Assembly: GCA_964016885.1 (NCBI GenBank)
Contig: OZ024743.1
Coordinates: 36,704,001 to 36,768,000, forward strand
DNA length: 64,000 bases
Direction: 5' to 3'
Origin: Eledone cirrhosa
Taxonomy: Eukaryota
Part shown: positions 10,001 to 22,512 of the stretch, piece after piece
How the letters are laid out: each line of letters opens with the position of its first letter
Position numbering within the stretch: the stretch's first letter is position 1
Translations under genes and position numbers: made by a program
The notes under the pieces: generated by a model
What the model was told of the DNA's origin: nothing
Seen by the model: the letters and a program-made list of their open reading frames with translations, nothing else
Databases searched by the model: none

Positions 10001-10462
10001 GTTCGGGATAAACTCTACAGGCATGGAGGTGCCGTCAGCCGGGCATGTCCGAGATGCGCGCAGGGCGACGAAACCGTCCTGCACGCACTCGTCCAGTGTC
10101 CGAGCATTGCTGACTTGTGGGTTTATGTCGAACACCTGCTGTCACGTGTAGGACGGATCCAGCTATCAGCTGAGTCCATCGTGAGGATTGCCCCGCCCCC
10201 TTCCTTTAGCCGGGAAGGGCAGGCAGTTTTTATCTGTCTGGTGGCCATGGCGAAAGAGATAGTATGGTGGACACGTTTGAAAGGGCTGAAGACGAGCACT
10301 TACCTCTTCGGTGATACCCTGATTAACTTTTTCAAATTTCATTTGAAAAGGAAAATCAGGGTAGAGAGGGAAGTGCTCTCTTCCCAGCATTTTGTTGAAA
10401 GATGGGTGAGAGAAGCAAGTATGGCCCGAATGACTGGGCCTTCTCTGAGTATGTGTCTGTAA
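7043..10462 (+). CDS. Tx1 ORF2 (APE-RT-ZnF), 1139 aa, open
   Basis: Colinear with copy A ORF2 and the same length. YADD and APE residues are intact, but KSPGLDG is changed to KSLGLGG. Confidence 0.95.
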   Translation: MTSLRIGSINARGLGSSWKQGHLLNNLRSLDIDVVAISETRISEARAFAPIFGGYDVYASPSRPGSGGGVAVLFRRGLDLAIRAIFLDPEGKLVVLDVTSGDGQAFRLVAVYAPTGTGRPDFFRRLETFLGTSRSLVLVGDWNGILDARWDCVGLADRGGGCKSLTNLLRRFELSDRYRLDFANVPMWTGTNSIESSRSYLDRVFCREIDRSSIGCPQFKIVSYTDHKFVICVLDLDRLHRRGPGYWKLNASLPARKAYRDRISELVKRTLTGAIVNNKWWFALKRAIRIESIRFSKTLAIEKNRAEGELVRKLDEALSKGIATDVLAAKLALDQFFNAKHEGCVVRARVRALRHEGTKAVQWARVAEARRGNKATIRSLVDHDGRMLLDPEQMCEAFQRHFAQLFGGSGGPDRGMDFSVYLDGLPRLSATEAECCEKPITTAEVRDAMTSCTRGKSLGLGGLPYELYVQMPNLFGGLLADVYCNWQQNGRIPSSVSRGAVALLRKDPNKGDNINNFRPITLLNTEFKILAKVLAKRLALVVGGLVGEAQTCAIPDRSIHDNLHLMRYIVERVAREPGTGGSLINLDQSKAFDRVDHRYLEAVLRAAGFGPVFRGWIAAMHSDICSVVRVNGHLSEPFNIMRSVRQGCPLSSLLYVLTLEPLLHKLETLRGVPRELGCGRSVSAYADDVTVVVSNAKHIEAIGTTLREYEAVTGAMINQEKSVGLQLGTWRGRSMPSNSVVGRWTDGPVKLLGVWFGPDLQTDKNWDEVTSRVASLTQKWAERKLSLKGQAEVANAYIASVIYYRLTVVPCPKPRLTALERLLFRFLWKGRAPMVRRSICCQHPLRGGLGMPWLMMRRHALRLRHLHHFLDGDQVWSPFARHVFPQLVSLTELQSWVKRRPRGSAWRLESLQSLTALDQSGNVIGGNSTLAFYRGLVEGKSDDVLGETLGVDENQLANLFGRTFGPGPMDNFQKSLAWQCYRGALPVRDKLYRHGGAVSRACPRCAQGDETVLHALVQCPSIADLWVYVEHLLSRVGRIQLSAESIVRIAPPPSFSREGQAVFICLVAMAKEIVWWTRLKGLKTSTYLFGDTLINFFKFHLKRKIRVEREVLSSQHFVERWVREASMARMTGPSLSMCL

Positions 10463-10710
10463 ATTAAAGGTGGAAAACTGGGAGAGGGCACTTGCACTTG
10501 CCCTGGTGGTCAGGGCCACTGTGGTCTTTTAATGGGCTTTCTCCACAAATGTCCCTCGGAAGTCTCCCCCCTATTGGGGAATTTTTCTTTGTTATTTTAT
10601 TTCAACCTCTGTTTTTTTACACGCAGAAATGCCCATTTGTACCGTCCTGTATTGTCCTGTACTGTCCTTAATGTCTACCTTATGTAAACCCTTGTGGTTA
10701 ATAAAGAAAA

Positions 10711-10756
<46 letters not shown>

Positions 10757-11386
10757 AACTAAAATTGAAGCTATCAACTGTACTATTCCACTGAAAATTT
10801 GACAGATCGTGCCAATGTAAGAGATATATAATAATAAAGATGGTGATGATGGTGGTGACGCGCACGATGTTTTCTTTTGATGAAGATGTAGCAAAACCAA
10901 AGAAATGGGAGATAAGAAAAAAAAACACCGTCCAAGGGAGATAATTTAGGAGATTTTGCTGTAGTTGCAGTAAGAAAAAAATGTAAGAAAATATTTTACA
11001 GAATTAAGCCAGTACTAATGGATGGAATGGCTCTTCCAGAACATCTCCCTTTCCATCCTCCGGGAAAACGCCTTCTCCATTCTGTCTGGCGGGGCTGTAG
11101 GGAGGCCAGCACGTGGGATCCCATTTGCTCACCATACAGAGAGATGGGGAGGGCAAGAGAGATGGAGGCGATGACAGTGGGAGTTCGGCTCTTCCACGTC
11201 CGGACCATATCCTTGTGGTTGTATTTATTATCTATATAGCAGTTGTAACGATGTTTCTTTTATCTACTCTGTCTAGTCAGTAAACCTTTTTTAGGATCTC
11301 TCACGGAAATGACTGAGTAGTTATTTACACTACATAATATTTACTATACAATGTATTGTAAATTATATTCTTTTACGATACTGTAA

Positions 11387-11447
<61 letters not shown>

Positions 11448-11452
<5 letters not shown>

Positions 11453-11610
11453 AAAAGAGTCAGAACCCCGACCGGAAATAGTTGTCGAAACGGCTTGAGA
11501 TCTGCCGTCGGGGTTCTGACTCTTTTCCTATTACCCACTCTACTACCCAAAGTATCGAGTACTCTGGTGTGTTATCGTCCACCTGGTTCCTTACCACACT
11601 TCCTTCGTTA
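11448..11610. repeat. Short foldback-ended repeat in (TA)n, possibly Penelope-like-derived; copy 1
   Basis: Perfect 25-bp inverted repeat (11448-11472 / 11507-11531). The body is the reverse complement of 18176-18368. Confidence 0.7.
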
Positions 11611-12165
11611 TATATATAATCTAAACAAGTGATTTATTCGAATCAACGAGGGAACCTCTACGGGGTTCTTCGGACTGCTAGAATACTAGAAATAGCAGTT
11701 AAATTTCCATTACACTACACCCTACTATATTTGCTTTTTTTTTTTTTAAGAATAAATTGTACATTGCCGTCTCTGATATACAAATGACAGGATAGTCACG
11801 ATTGACCTAAATATAGATCTTTGGGGCTGAGCTGACCTGGGGTTAAACAACTACAATAAAATCAACAGCAATAAAAGTGTCTGTATAAATGTGACATCGT
11901 AAAGGAAAGGAAAAAACCCAGGTGAAATAACACAATCGCTAGAACGTGGGATAAATGATTTGCGGAGCTTTGTTCGGTCTCCTGACATACAGAAGTTAAC
12001 TGTCATTCGTACTTTCGGAGTCGGTAGATAAAGTACATGCCCAAGACAGTGACAGACGCATCTCTCTCTTTTTCTCCCTCTCTCTTTTTCTCTCTTTCTT
12101 TCTCTCTCTCTTTCTTCTGGCCTTTTGCCTATCGTAGAAATCATTATTACTATTATAAAGTGCAC

Positions 12166-12360
12166 TGGATTGGCAGTATCAGTAGAGGGTCGGACTCCAT
12201 GCTTTGACGCATAGAGTTACGACCCTTACCATTCTGAGTTCAAATCCCGCCGAGGTTAACTTTGCCTTTCATCCTTACGGGGTCGATAAAATAAAGTACC
12301 AGTAATGTACTGGGTAATTTGCTGGCCTTGTGCCAAAAAGTAGAAAGAATTATTACTATT
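12166..12360 (+). mobile_element. tRNA-derived SINE with (ATT)n-type tail
   Basis: A-box-like TGGCAGTATCAGTAGAG, B-box GAGTTCAAATCC, conserved body GCCTTTCATCCTTACGGGGTCGATAAAATAAAGTACCAG. Many copies in the window. A second 5' fragment follows at 12368-12403. Confidence 0.85.
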
Positions 12361-12443
12361 GTAAACCCGGTGGATTAGCAGTATCGGTAGAGCGTCGGAC
12401 ACTCTCCCTCTCTCTCACTTTCTTTCTCTCTTTCCTTCTCTCT

Positions 12444-15400
12444 CTCGTCTCCACAATAGGTTGTGGTCAAACTCGTCTCCACAATAGGTTGTGGTCAAAC
12501 TCTCGTCTCCACAATAGGTTGTGGTCAAACTCGTCTCCACAATAGGTTGTGGTCAAACTCTCGTCTCCACAATAGGTTGTGGTCAAACTCGTCTCCACAA
12601 TAGGCTCTGGTCAAACTCTCGTCTCCACAATAGGTTGTGGTCAAACTCGTCTCCGAAATAGGTTGTGGTCAAACTCGTCTCCACAATAGGTTGTGGTCAA
12701 ACTCGTCTCTACAATAGGTTGTGGTCAAACTCTCGTCACCAAAATAGGTTGTGGTCAAACTCGTCTCCACAATAGGTTGTGGTCAAACTCGTCTCCACAA
12801 TAGGTTGTGGTCAAACTCTCGTCTCCACAATAGGTTGTGGTCAAACTCGTCTCCACAATAGGTTGTGGTCAAACTCGTCTCCACAATAGGTTGTGGTCAA
12901 ACTCGTCTCCACAATAGGTTGTGGTCAAACTCTCGTCTCCAAAATAGGTTGTGGTCAAACTCTCGTCTCCACAATATGTTGTGGTCAAACTCGTCTCCAA
13001 AATAGGTTGTGGTCAAACTCGTCTCCACAATAGGTTGTGGTCAAACTCTCGTCTCCACAATATGTTGTGGTCAAACTCGTCTCCAAAATAGGTTGTGGTC
13101 AAACTCGTCTCCACAATAGGTTGTGGTCAAACTCGTCTCCAAAATAGGTTGTGGTCAAACTCGTCTCCAAAATAGGTTGTGGTCAAACTCGTCTCCACAA
13201 TAGGTTGTGGTCAAACTCTCGTCTCCACAATAAGTTGTGGTCAAACTCTCGTCTCCACAATAGGTTGTGATCAAACTCGTCTCCAAAATAGGTTGTCGTC
13301 AAACTCGTCTCCACAATAGGTTGTGGTCAAACTCGTCTCCACAATAGGTTGTGGTCAAACTCTCGTCTCCACAATAGGTTGAGGTCAAACTCTCGTCTCC
13401 ACAATAGGTTGTGGTCAAACTCGTCTCAAAAATAGGTTGTGGTCAAACTCGTCTCCACAATAGGTTGTGGTCAAACTCGTCTCCACAATAGGTTGTGGTC
13501 AATCTCTCGTCTCCACAATAGGTTGTGGTCAAACTCTCGTCTCCACAATAGGTTGTAGTCAAACTCGTCTCCACAATAGGTTGTGGTCAAACTCGTCTCC
13601 ACAATAGGTTGTGGTCAAACTCTCGTCTCCACAATAGGTTGTGGTCAAACTCTCGTCTCCACAATAGGTTGTGGTCAAACTCGTCTCCAAAATAGGTTGT
13701 GGTCAAACTCGTCTCCACAATAGGTTGTGGTCAAACTCGTCTCCATAATAGGTTGTGGTCAATCTCTCGTCTCCACAATAGGTTGTGGTCAAATTCTCGT
13801 CTCCACAATAGGTTGTGGTCAAACTCGTCTCCACAATAGGTTGTGGTCAAACTCGTCTCCACAATAGGTTGTGGTCAAACTCTCGTCTCCACAATAGGTT
13901 GTGGTCAAACTCTCGTCTCCACAATAGGTTGTGGTCAAACTCGTCTCCACAATAGGTTGTGGTCAAACTCGTCTCCACAATAGGTTGTGGTCAAACTCAT
14001 CTCCACAATAGGTTGTGGTCAAACTCTCGTCTCCACAATAGGTTGTGGTCAAACTCGTCTCCACAATAGGTTGTGGTCAAACTCGTCTCCAATATAGGTT
14101 GTGGTCAAACTCGTCTCCACAATAGGTTGTGGTCAAACTCTCGTCTCCACAATAGGTTGTGGTCAAACTCGTCTCCACAATAGATTGTGGTCAAACTCGT
14201 CTCCAAAACAGGTTGTGGTCAAACTCGTCTCCACAATAGGTTGTGGTCAAACTCTCGTCTCCACAATAAGTTGTGGTCAAACTCTCGTCTCCACAATAGG
14301 TTGTGATCAAACTCGTCTCCAAAATAGGTTGTCGTCAAACTCGTCTCCACAATAGGTTGTGGTCAAACTCGTCTCCACAATAGGTTGTGGTCAAACTCTC
14401 GTCTCCACAATAGGTTGAGGTCAAACTCTCGTCTCCACAATAGGTTGTGGTCAAACTCGTCTCAAAAATAGGTTGTGGTCAAACTCGTCTCCACAATAGG
14501 TTGTGGTCAAACTCGTCTCCACAATAGGTTGTGGTCAATCTCTCGTCTCCACAATAGGTTGTGGTCAAACTCTCGTCTCCACAATAGGTTGTAGTCAAAC
14601 TCGTCTCCACAATAGGTTGTGGTCAAACTCGTCTCCACAATAGGTTGTGGTCAAACTCTCGTCTCCACAATAGGTTGTGGTCAAACTCTCGTCTCCACAA
14701 TAGGTTGTGGTCAAACTCGTCTCCAAAATAGGTTGTGGTCAAACTCGTCTCCACAATAGGTTGTGGTCAAACTCGTCTCCATAATAGGTTGTGGTCAATC
14801 TCTCGTCTCCACAATAGGTTGTGGTCAAATTCTCGTCTCCACAATAGGTTGTGGTCAAACTCGTCTCCACAATAGGTTGTGGTCAAACTCGTCTCCACAA
14901 TAGGTTGTGGTCAAACTCTCGTCTCCACAATAGGTTGTGGTCAAACTCTCGTCTCCACAATAGGTTGTGGTCAAACTCGTCTCCACAATAGGTTGTGGTC
15001 AAACTCGTCTCCACAATAGGTTGTGGTCAAACTCATCTCCACAATAGGTTGTGGTCAAACTCTCGTCTCCACAATAGGTTGTGGTCAAACTCGTCTCCAC
15101 AATAGGTTGTGGTCAAACTCGTCTCCAATATAGGTTGTGGTCAAACTCGTCTCCACAATAGGTTGTGGTCAAACTCTCGTCTCCACAATAGGTTGTGGTC
15201 AAACTCGTCTCCACAATAGATTGTGGTCAAACTCGTCTCCAAAACAGGTTGTGGTCAAACTCGTCTCCACAATAGGTTGTGGTCAAACTCTCGTCTCCAC
15301 AATAGGTTGTGGTCAAACTCTCGTCTCCACAATAGGTTGTGGTCAAACTCGTCTCCACAATATGTTGTGGTCAAACTTGTCTCCAAAATAGGTTGTGGTC

Positions 15401-16413
15401 AAACTCGTCTCCAAAATAGGTTGTGGTCAAACTCATCTCCACAATAGGTTGTGGTCAAACTCGTCTCCACAATAGGTTGTGTTCAAACTCGTCTCCACAA
15501 TAGGTTGTGGTCAAACTCTCGTCTCCACAATAGATTGTGGTCAAACTCTCGTCTCCACAATATGTTGTGGTCAAACTCGTCTCCAAAATAGGTTGTGCTC
15601 AAACTCGTCTCCAAAATAGGTTGTGGTCAAACTCTCGTCTCCACAATAGGTTGTGGTCAAACTCTCGTCTCCACAATAGGTTGTGGTCAAACTCGTCTCC
15701 ACAATAGGTTGTGGTCAAACTCGTCTCCAAAATAGGTTGTGGTCAAACTCGTCTCCACAATAGGTTGGGGTCAAACTCGTCTCCATAATAGGTTGTGGTC
15801 AATCTCTCGTCTCCACAATAGGTTGTGGTCAAACTCTCGTCTCCACAATAGGTTGTGGTCAAACTCGTCTCCACAATATGTTGTGGTCAAACTCGTCTCC
15901 AAAATAGGTTGTGGTCAAACTCGTCTCCACAATAGGTTGTGGTCAAACTCTCGTCTCCACAATAGGTTGTGGTCAAACTCGTCTCCACAATAGGTTGTGG
16001 TCAAACTCGTCTCCAAAATAGGTTGTGGTCAAACTCGTCTCCACAATAGGTTGTGGTCAAACTCTCGTCTCCATAATAGGTTGTGGTCAAACTCTCGTCT
16101 CCACAATAGGTTGTGGTCAAACTCGTCTCCACAATAGGTTGTGGTCAAACTCGTCTCCACAATAGGTTGTGGTCAAACTCTCGTCTCCACAATAGATTGT
16201 GGTCAAACTCTCGTCTCCACAATATGTTGTGGTCAAACTCGTCTCCAAAATAGGTTGTGGTCAAACTCGTCTCCAAAATAGGTTGTGGTCAAACTCGTCT
16301 CCACAATAGGTTGTGGTCAAACTCGTCTCCACAATAGGTTGTGGTCAAACTCTCGTCTCCACAATAGGTTGTGGTCAAACTCTCGCCTCCGCAATAGGTC
16401 GTGGTCAAACTCG
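12444..16413. repeat. Tandem satellite of 28/30-bp units, (CT)CTCGTCTCCACAATAGGTTGTGGTCAAA, roughly 135-140 copies
   Basis: Directly visible. Units differ by a CT dinucleotide and rare substitutions. No unique spacers. Confidence 0.97.
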
Positions 16414-16674
16414 GAAAAAGATAAGCTCCAAATATTGTTTTTTGTAATATTAATAATGTACTCTTGTAGATTAACTACCACTGAATAAGGTTGGGTCGAA
16501 TCTAAAATAACTATACAGACTTTTTGTCCGTTTGTCACGAGAATGTTGTTAGTTGTGAAGAATGGTTTTAGTATTTTTTTTTTAGAAATCCTGGAACACA
16601 AATGTAAGACAAAAAAGGAAGTGGGGAGAAAAATACTTAAAACGTTCTCTGACAACAGTCTCTCTCTCTCTCGT

Positions 16675-16774
<100 letters not shown>

Positions 16775-16856
16775 ATATATAGTGGTTGATTTCTACGGAC
16801 TAGGGAGAGGAAAAACTGTATATATTTTATCTAATAGTTCTTCAAACTTGCAATTT

Positions 16857-16909
<53 letters not shown>

Positions 16910-17014
16910 TTATATATATATATTATAATAATAATAAAATTATAGAGTACAGTACTCAACTTCATTACAACTCACATGTGTGTGTGAGTGTGTGTATATG
17001 TGTGTGTGTGTGTT

Positions 17015-17045
<31 letters not shown>

Positions 17046-17293
17046 GGGGGGGGGGGGGCAAAGGGCAAACAGAAAAAAACAAAGCAAACGACACGGTACA
17101 ATGAAGTAGGAAAAGAGTCTTAATATATATATTGTGTCCACACAGTCCACAAAAATAAGATTTGTTCTATTTTGGTGAATAAACCGAATATTACTTGTTC
17201 CGACCGTAAAACCATGGATTATATACTAATATTTATAAACTTTCATAAAGTTCTAATATCTCGTGACTTGACTGTCGCTAGTTATTACACAAC

Positions 17294-17486
17294 GGCGGTG
17301 GATTGCCAGTATCGGTAGAGGGTCGGACGCCATGCTTTGAAGCATAGAGTTGCGTCCCTTTATGATCTGAGTTCAAATCTCGCCGAGGTTAACTTTGCCT
17401 TTCATCCTTACGGGGTCGATAAAATAAAGTACCAGTAATGTACTGGTTATTGCTGGCCTTGTGCCTAAAGTAGAAACAGTTATTAC
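17294..17486 (+). mobile_element. tRNA-derived SINE (same family as 12166)
   Basis: Colinear with 12166-12360. Confidence 0.85.
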
Positions 17487-17487
17487 A

Positions 17488-17820
17488 CAGACACATAAAC
17501 ATAGGCACGCACATACATACACACGCACACACACACACATACACACAAACATAGGCACGCACACACAAAAACATAGGCACGCACACACATATACACACGC
17601 ACACTCACAAACATAGGCACGCACACACAAACATAGCCACGCACACACATACACACACAGAAAGATAGCCACGCATACACACACGTACATACACACATAA
17701 CATAGGCACGCGCGCGCACACACACACACAAAAATACACACACGCACGTACATACATACAAACATAGGCACGCACACAAACACACACAAACATAGCCACG
17801 CACACGCACACACACAAACG
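17488..17820. repeat. Degenerate CA-rich minisatellite with core AAACATAG(G/C)CACGCAC
   Basis: About 9 core copies separated by (CA)n of variable length. Confidence 0.8.
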
Positions 17821-18175
17821 TATTCAATTCCTTTTTACTAACTAAGGTGTCTAATGTTTCTATTACATTCGGTTGTGTATTTTCTTCAGTTGACACCGTA
17901 CGGATTTCAACTTTACGCTAAAATCAAACACGGCAAGCAGAAGCAAGAATTTCTGCTATTTATACTTTTGCGGAGATATTAAGTAATTAATAATCGAAAA
18001 TGATAAAACAGGCTCTATAAAATAATTGTTTCATTGATTAATAATAATAAAGGTTTCACAAAATAATAATAATAATAGTATATAACGAAACATGACATGA
18101 CTGGCAATGTATCACGTATATCTATCTATCTATCTATCTATTTTTCTATCTATATATCTTTCTATTTATATATAT

Positions 18176-18368
18176 ATAACGAAGGAAATGTGGTAAGGAA
18201 CCAGATGGACCATAACGCACCAAAGTACTCAATACTTAGGGTAGTAGAGTGGGTGATAGGAACGAGTAGGACCCCGACGGCTGAGCTCAAGCCGTTTCGA
18301 CGGCTAATTCTGGACTAATTTAGTCGAAACGGCTTGAGCTTAGCCGTCGGGGTCCTACTCGTTCCTAT
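18176..18368. repeat. Short foldback-ended repeat in (TA)n; copy 2, inverted relative to copy 1
   Basis: 46-bp inverted repeat with one mismatch (18256-18301 / 18323-18368) and a 21-nt loop. The body is ~90% identical to the reverse complement of 11529-11610. Confidence 0.7.
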
Positions 18369-18369
18369 T

Positions 18370-18404
<35 letters not shown>

Positions 18405-18418
18405 CCTCCCTCTCTCTG

Positions 18419-18449
<31 letters not shown>

Positions 18450-20640
18450 ATTAATATACTGGCGAAAGTATTGTGTGCGTGTGTGTGTGTGTGGCTTTAT
18501 CAGCAGTAAATGTATCGGGAAAAAAATGTTTTCCAGTAAAAAATAAAGAAACACTACATTGCAAAGGAATAATTGCACATACTAATTAGGCTTGTTAATG
18601 AATAATGTAATTTCATATTTTTTTAAATACAGAAAAAAAATTGTAAAAATTAATTTTTCTTTTTTGGGGCTGGAAACGAAGTCGCTAAATCATTTATGAA
18701 AAAACTACGGATAGCCAAAAGTGATATAATTGAGAAAGTCAGCGTAAGACACGTCCGCCGAACTCGCGTAAATATATGCTACGCATTTCAGTTAATTTTT
18801 TCATTAAAAATTTTACAACCCATTGTAGAATTTCGAATAAAGAAATTAACACTTTAAATATTTCTATATTATAAAATATAAATAACAAAGGGTAAGTTTT
18901 GATTTATTTATTTTTTAATATTTCAATTCAACATAATTTCTTTCATTTCAATTCTGTTTAATTGAACTTTCTATTATTATTAATTTGCTATAGATTTCGA
19001 AAGTTCTCCATACTGAATACGTTTGTGTACCGTGTGACTGAGAAAAGAAATAACGATTCGTCACATTTGAGTCGATTCTGAAATACGACTTGCTTTTTTT
19101 CTTTCTTTTTTTTTTTTGCAGTGAAAAAGTAAATTTCGGTGAAAACCAAATTTTTTAAAGTAGGAAACCAAATTCTGGACATCATTTATACCAGCGCCTA
19201 TGTTTTTTCGACCTCTTCATCATCTTTGCATGAAAGAAAATGTTTCCAAAGAACAGAATATCCTTCACTGAGGAGGATTAATAAGACCGAGACATGCCCG
19301 TTTTTTCACCAGTTGGATTTAAAGACTATCTTCATTGTTTGCATAGAATTTCGATCGACTTATTATACGGGAGTTATCTCAATTGTTTGTATTTTCTTAA
19401 TATTTTAAACAGCTTTTATATATTATTTGCTTGAATAATCTCAATAGATCGAAAATGTTCAACTCACTATATTGCATATTTATATTAGTAAGAATATAGA
19501 ATAGTTTTTGTTTTAGTCAGTGAACATTCTTTTATTTTAAAACTGTTTTCGGTCATTAGTCTGTGGCCATGCTGTGCTACCACTTTGTGGGGAGGGATTT
19601 AGTCGATCATGTCAGTACTAGAATTTATTTCATTTACTTTTTTTGAATTCAATATTCGTGACAACCCTTACCTATGGTCATGAATCATTGGTAATTGCGA
19701 ATACAAGCGACCGAAATAATCCAACAAGCTATTTTCCATGAGTCCCACAGGCGATATTATCCATTTTTCCATTTCTACGAGCTTATATTTCCAACTCGTT
19801 TCATTATTTTTCATGTGTTGAAGCAGCTTACTTTAAGCTATCATACATTCAAATTTTTTAAGATTTAAAAATAAATCATATTCATGTATTTATTGAATAA
19901 CAGTTTTGACAACAGTTTTGTTGATTTATCATGGCCGAATGGTTAAAAGATCATTGGATTCTTGGTTCGATCCCACTGCGAGGGATTAAGTGTCATTTGC
20001 TATAGCTATAGACCTACCTATACTTTGTAAGTGAAAGTGGGTAGAAGGAAACTGTTTAGAAGCTCATTGAATGGACTGCATCAGTAATTCAAAAGGTCAT
20101 GCTGAAACTCACTGAGGATTACGTTAAGGACTCAAACGTCTGTATATCATGAGCAGGCTGTTCCGTTGATTGAACAACTAGAACGCTCGTCATCGAAACG
20201 GTAACAGCTCAAAGAATAACGCCCCTTTTTTTTTTTGCTATCTAGTGCCATCTGGAATCTTCTAGTGCCCATAAAGGAGCGATAACGCCTATTTTGTAAA
20301 TCACTATATTAAGGCTTACGTTTCTCATTTTCTGAGTTCAAATCTCACAGATGTTAACTGTGTTTTTTTTTAGCATTCTGTGGTAGATTAAATAAATACC
20401 AGTCAAGTACCGGGAGGTGGAAGGAGTCAATATAATTGACTGCACCGTTCCACCTGAAATGCGCGCCTTTGTGGAAATAATTTTTGTAGCTGTTATGATA
20501 TCGCATAGGTGGATTAAGCTTCCTGAAGCCCCACGCTAAAAATTTCATCGAAACCCTTGCATGTTATTTATGATAAACAAAAGATTAATTTGAGGCCTTA
20601 TAAATATTGTAGGGCCCCTTAGCTGCAGCCCAATCAGCCC

Positions 20641-20808
20641 TACGAGAGTCGACTGAAAAGTTCATAGGCTGATTATGAAAGAGTAATGCTAGAGCTGTGA
20701 AATTTTGCATGCATTAATCTAAACTTTTCTTATTGTTTCTTTCCAGGGACTATGTTGAAGAATAAGCTTAATTTGGTCATTCCATGAACTTTTCAGACGA
20801 CACTCGAA
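20641..20808. mobile_element. Tc1/mariner-like MITE
   Basis: Imperfect 25-bp TIRs TACGAGAGTCGACTGAAAAGTTCAT / ATGAACTTTTCAGACGACACTCGAA (22/25). Confidence 0.6.
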
Positions 20809-20824
20809 CACCCTTAATTCGCCA

Positions 20825-21260
20825 CAGGGTTACCAGATGAAATGTCAAGCAGTATTTACTCACACCAGCGGGTAGCCAACTCTGTGCCGATGATGGTGAG
20901 TAGGGCTTTCCCAGAGCCAAGGACACCACTACAATGGGCTCGACCGTTGGAGACTGTCGGAGAGCGACCGATATTTGGAGAGTTTACCCTCCTCGGCCCG
21001 AAGTGCAGCAGGGCCTGGGTTAGTCACAGACTGTACTTGTTTGCCGCTGGAGAATGTGTCGCTGCATGTGGCATCCCAGATGAGGGGGTTACCACCACGG
21101 AACGGGAAGATAGACATGCCGTTGCCTTTTGCCGTCCCCTCAGTCCAGCCCCGCCGGCTCGAGCTGGGATGGGAATCTTGCAGCATCCAAGCCATGCTTT
21201 ATGGCCTCGTTGAGAACATGGCGTGGAAGTTGGCCAGCACTGTAGCGACAGGACAGCGGG
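20825..21260 (-). mobile_element. Remnant of a restriction-like-endonuclease non-LTR element (CRE-like C-terminus)
   Basis: Minus-strand peptide GMSIFPFRGGNPLIWDATCSDTF...AALRAEEGKLSKY resembles the PDG...WDAT..DT...AE..K..KY RLE region. Confidence 0.7.
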
Positions 21261-22104
21261 TGGAAGCCGAAAGAGTATACGGTAGATCCGCAGCGACATC
21301 TTGAGATTTTAATTCAAATTTCAGATTTTTTACCTTTCAACCCTTTCAGGTTGATAAATAAGTACTAACCCATACATCTATCTATAAATATGTTTTTGAG
21401 TCAATTAAAAAAAATAATAATTGTTGTTGCTGTTGATGCTGCAGAAAAGGAAACAAAGTGACATAAATGGTACAGTGTCTGATAAAATGTTTTGCAGTAT
21501 AAATTCTTTTACTGGTTTCAATCATTTGACTGTGGTCTTGCTAAGGAATTGCCCTGAAAAGATTTAGTCAAACCGCAAATAGACATACGACAAATTTCAT
21601 TCTCAAAGCATTGTTGAACCTGAGGCTACAGTAGAAGATAACCAAAGTTCCATGAAGTGAGATTGTATCCAAACCCACATTGTATTGAAACTATGCCTGT
21701 ATCAATTAGATTAAGTTTTTGATATCCAGATGGAGTTAAGTTTGACTTTTTTTCCCCTTCAGGGTCGATAAATTGTTATCGTCGGCAGAAATGGATGCAA
21801 TCGCACAGATGAAAGAAATCTTTGTCTGAAATAAGGGAAGAAGAAATGAAATCCGTAACATGCATGATTTTCCTAATATCAATAATGCCGCAGCACATTG
21901 TTAAAAGAAAGTACAATAACAGGACAATGAAATTATAACATAGAAGAATGCTGCATCACATTTATAGAAAAGGTGTTAACGCTTTCGTTACCATATTTCT
22001 GATGAAAGACATTGTTGTGATTTTCAAATAATTTTTAAAATAATTAAGGATTTTCAGGTATTTAGTAATATAATTAATTTTCTCATAATTAAGTTGGTAT
22101 TAAG

Positions 22105-22512
22105 GGCGGTAAATTGACAGGATCGCTAGAGCGTCGGACACCTGCTTCGCGGCATAGAATTACGACCCTTTACATTCTGAGTTCAAATCCCGCCGAGGTT
22201 AGCTTTGCCTTTCACCCTTACTGGTTCGATAAAATGAAGTACCAGTCACGCACTCGGGTCGATTTAATCGACTTTCTCCTCCCTCCAAAAATTACTGGCC
22301 TATATCAGAAGCAATTATTAAGTTGGTGTTAAAATGCCTTTGTGATATTTGTTCTAACTCTTTACATTCTGGGTTCAAATCCCACAGCAGAGAACTTTGC
22401 CTCTAATCCTTCCGCAGTCGATAAAATAAAGTACCAGTTAAGTATTGGCATCGATATAATCGACTTCCTCTCTCCACATATTATGGATCTTGTGCCTAAA
22501 TTCGAAATCATT
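22105..22512 (+). mobile_element. Two tandem tRNA-derived SINE copies
   Basis: Two B-boxes (GAGTTCAAATCC, GGGTTCAAATCC), each followed by the GTCGATAAAAT...GTACCAG body. Confidence 0.75.

Larger units (their letters stand above)
5615..10755 (+). mobile_element. Tx1-type non-LTR retrotransposon, copy B
   Basis: Starts right after (ATT)n. Has an ORF1 remnant, an intact ORF2 near-identical to copy A, the same 3' UTR and an (ATT)n tail at 10712-10755. The 5' boundary is inferred. Confidence 0.9.

Noticed and set aside
886-10519. Antisense and alternate-frame ORFs shared by both Tx1 copies
   Set aside because: They are explained by high GC content and the near-identity of the copies. They show no motifs, and their lengths vary between copies.
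12166-12260. tRNA gene
   Set aside because: A and B boxes are present but there is no complete cloverleaf, and it continues into a multi-copy SINE body.
12444-16413. CRISPR-like array of ~28-30-bp palindromic repeats near reverse transcriptases
   Set aside because: Units are directly adjacent with no unique spacers, there are no cas genes, the context is eukaryotic, and the RTs are ordinary Tx1 ORF2s.
14101-16488. Repetitive ORFs (VSTIGCGQT / RLHNRLWSNS)
   Set aside because: These are translations of the satellite, with GTG starts and constant frame changes from the 28/30-bp mix.
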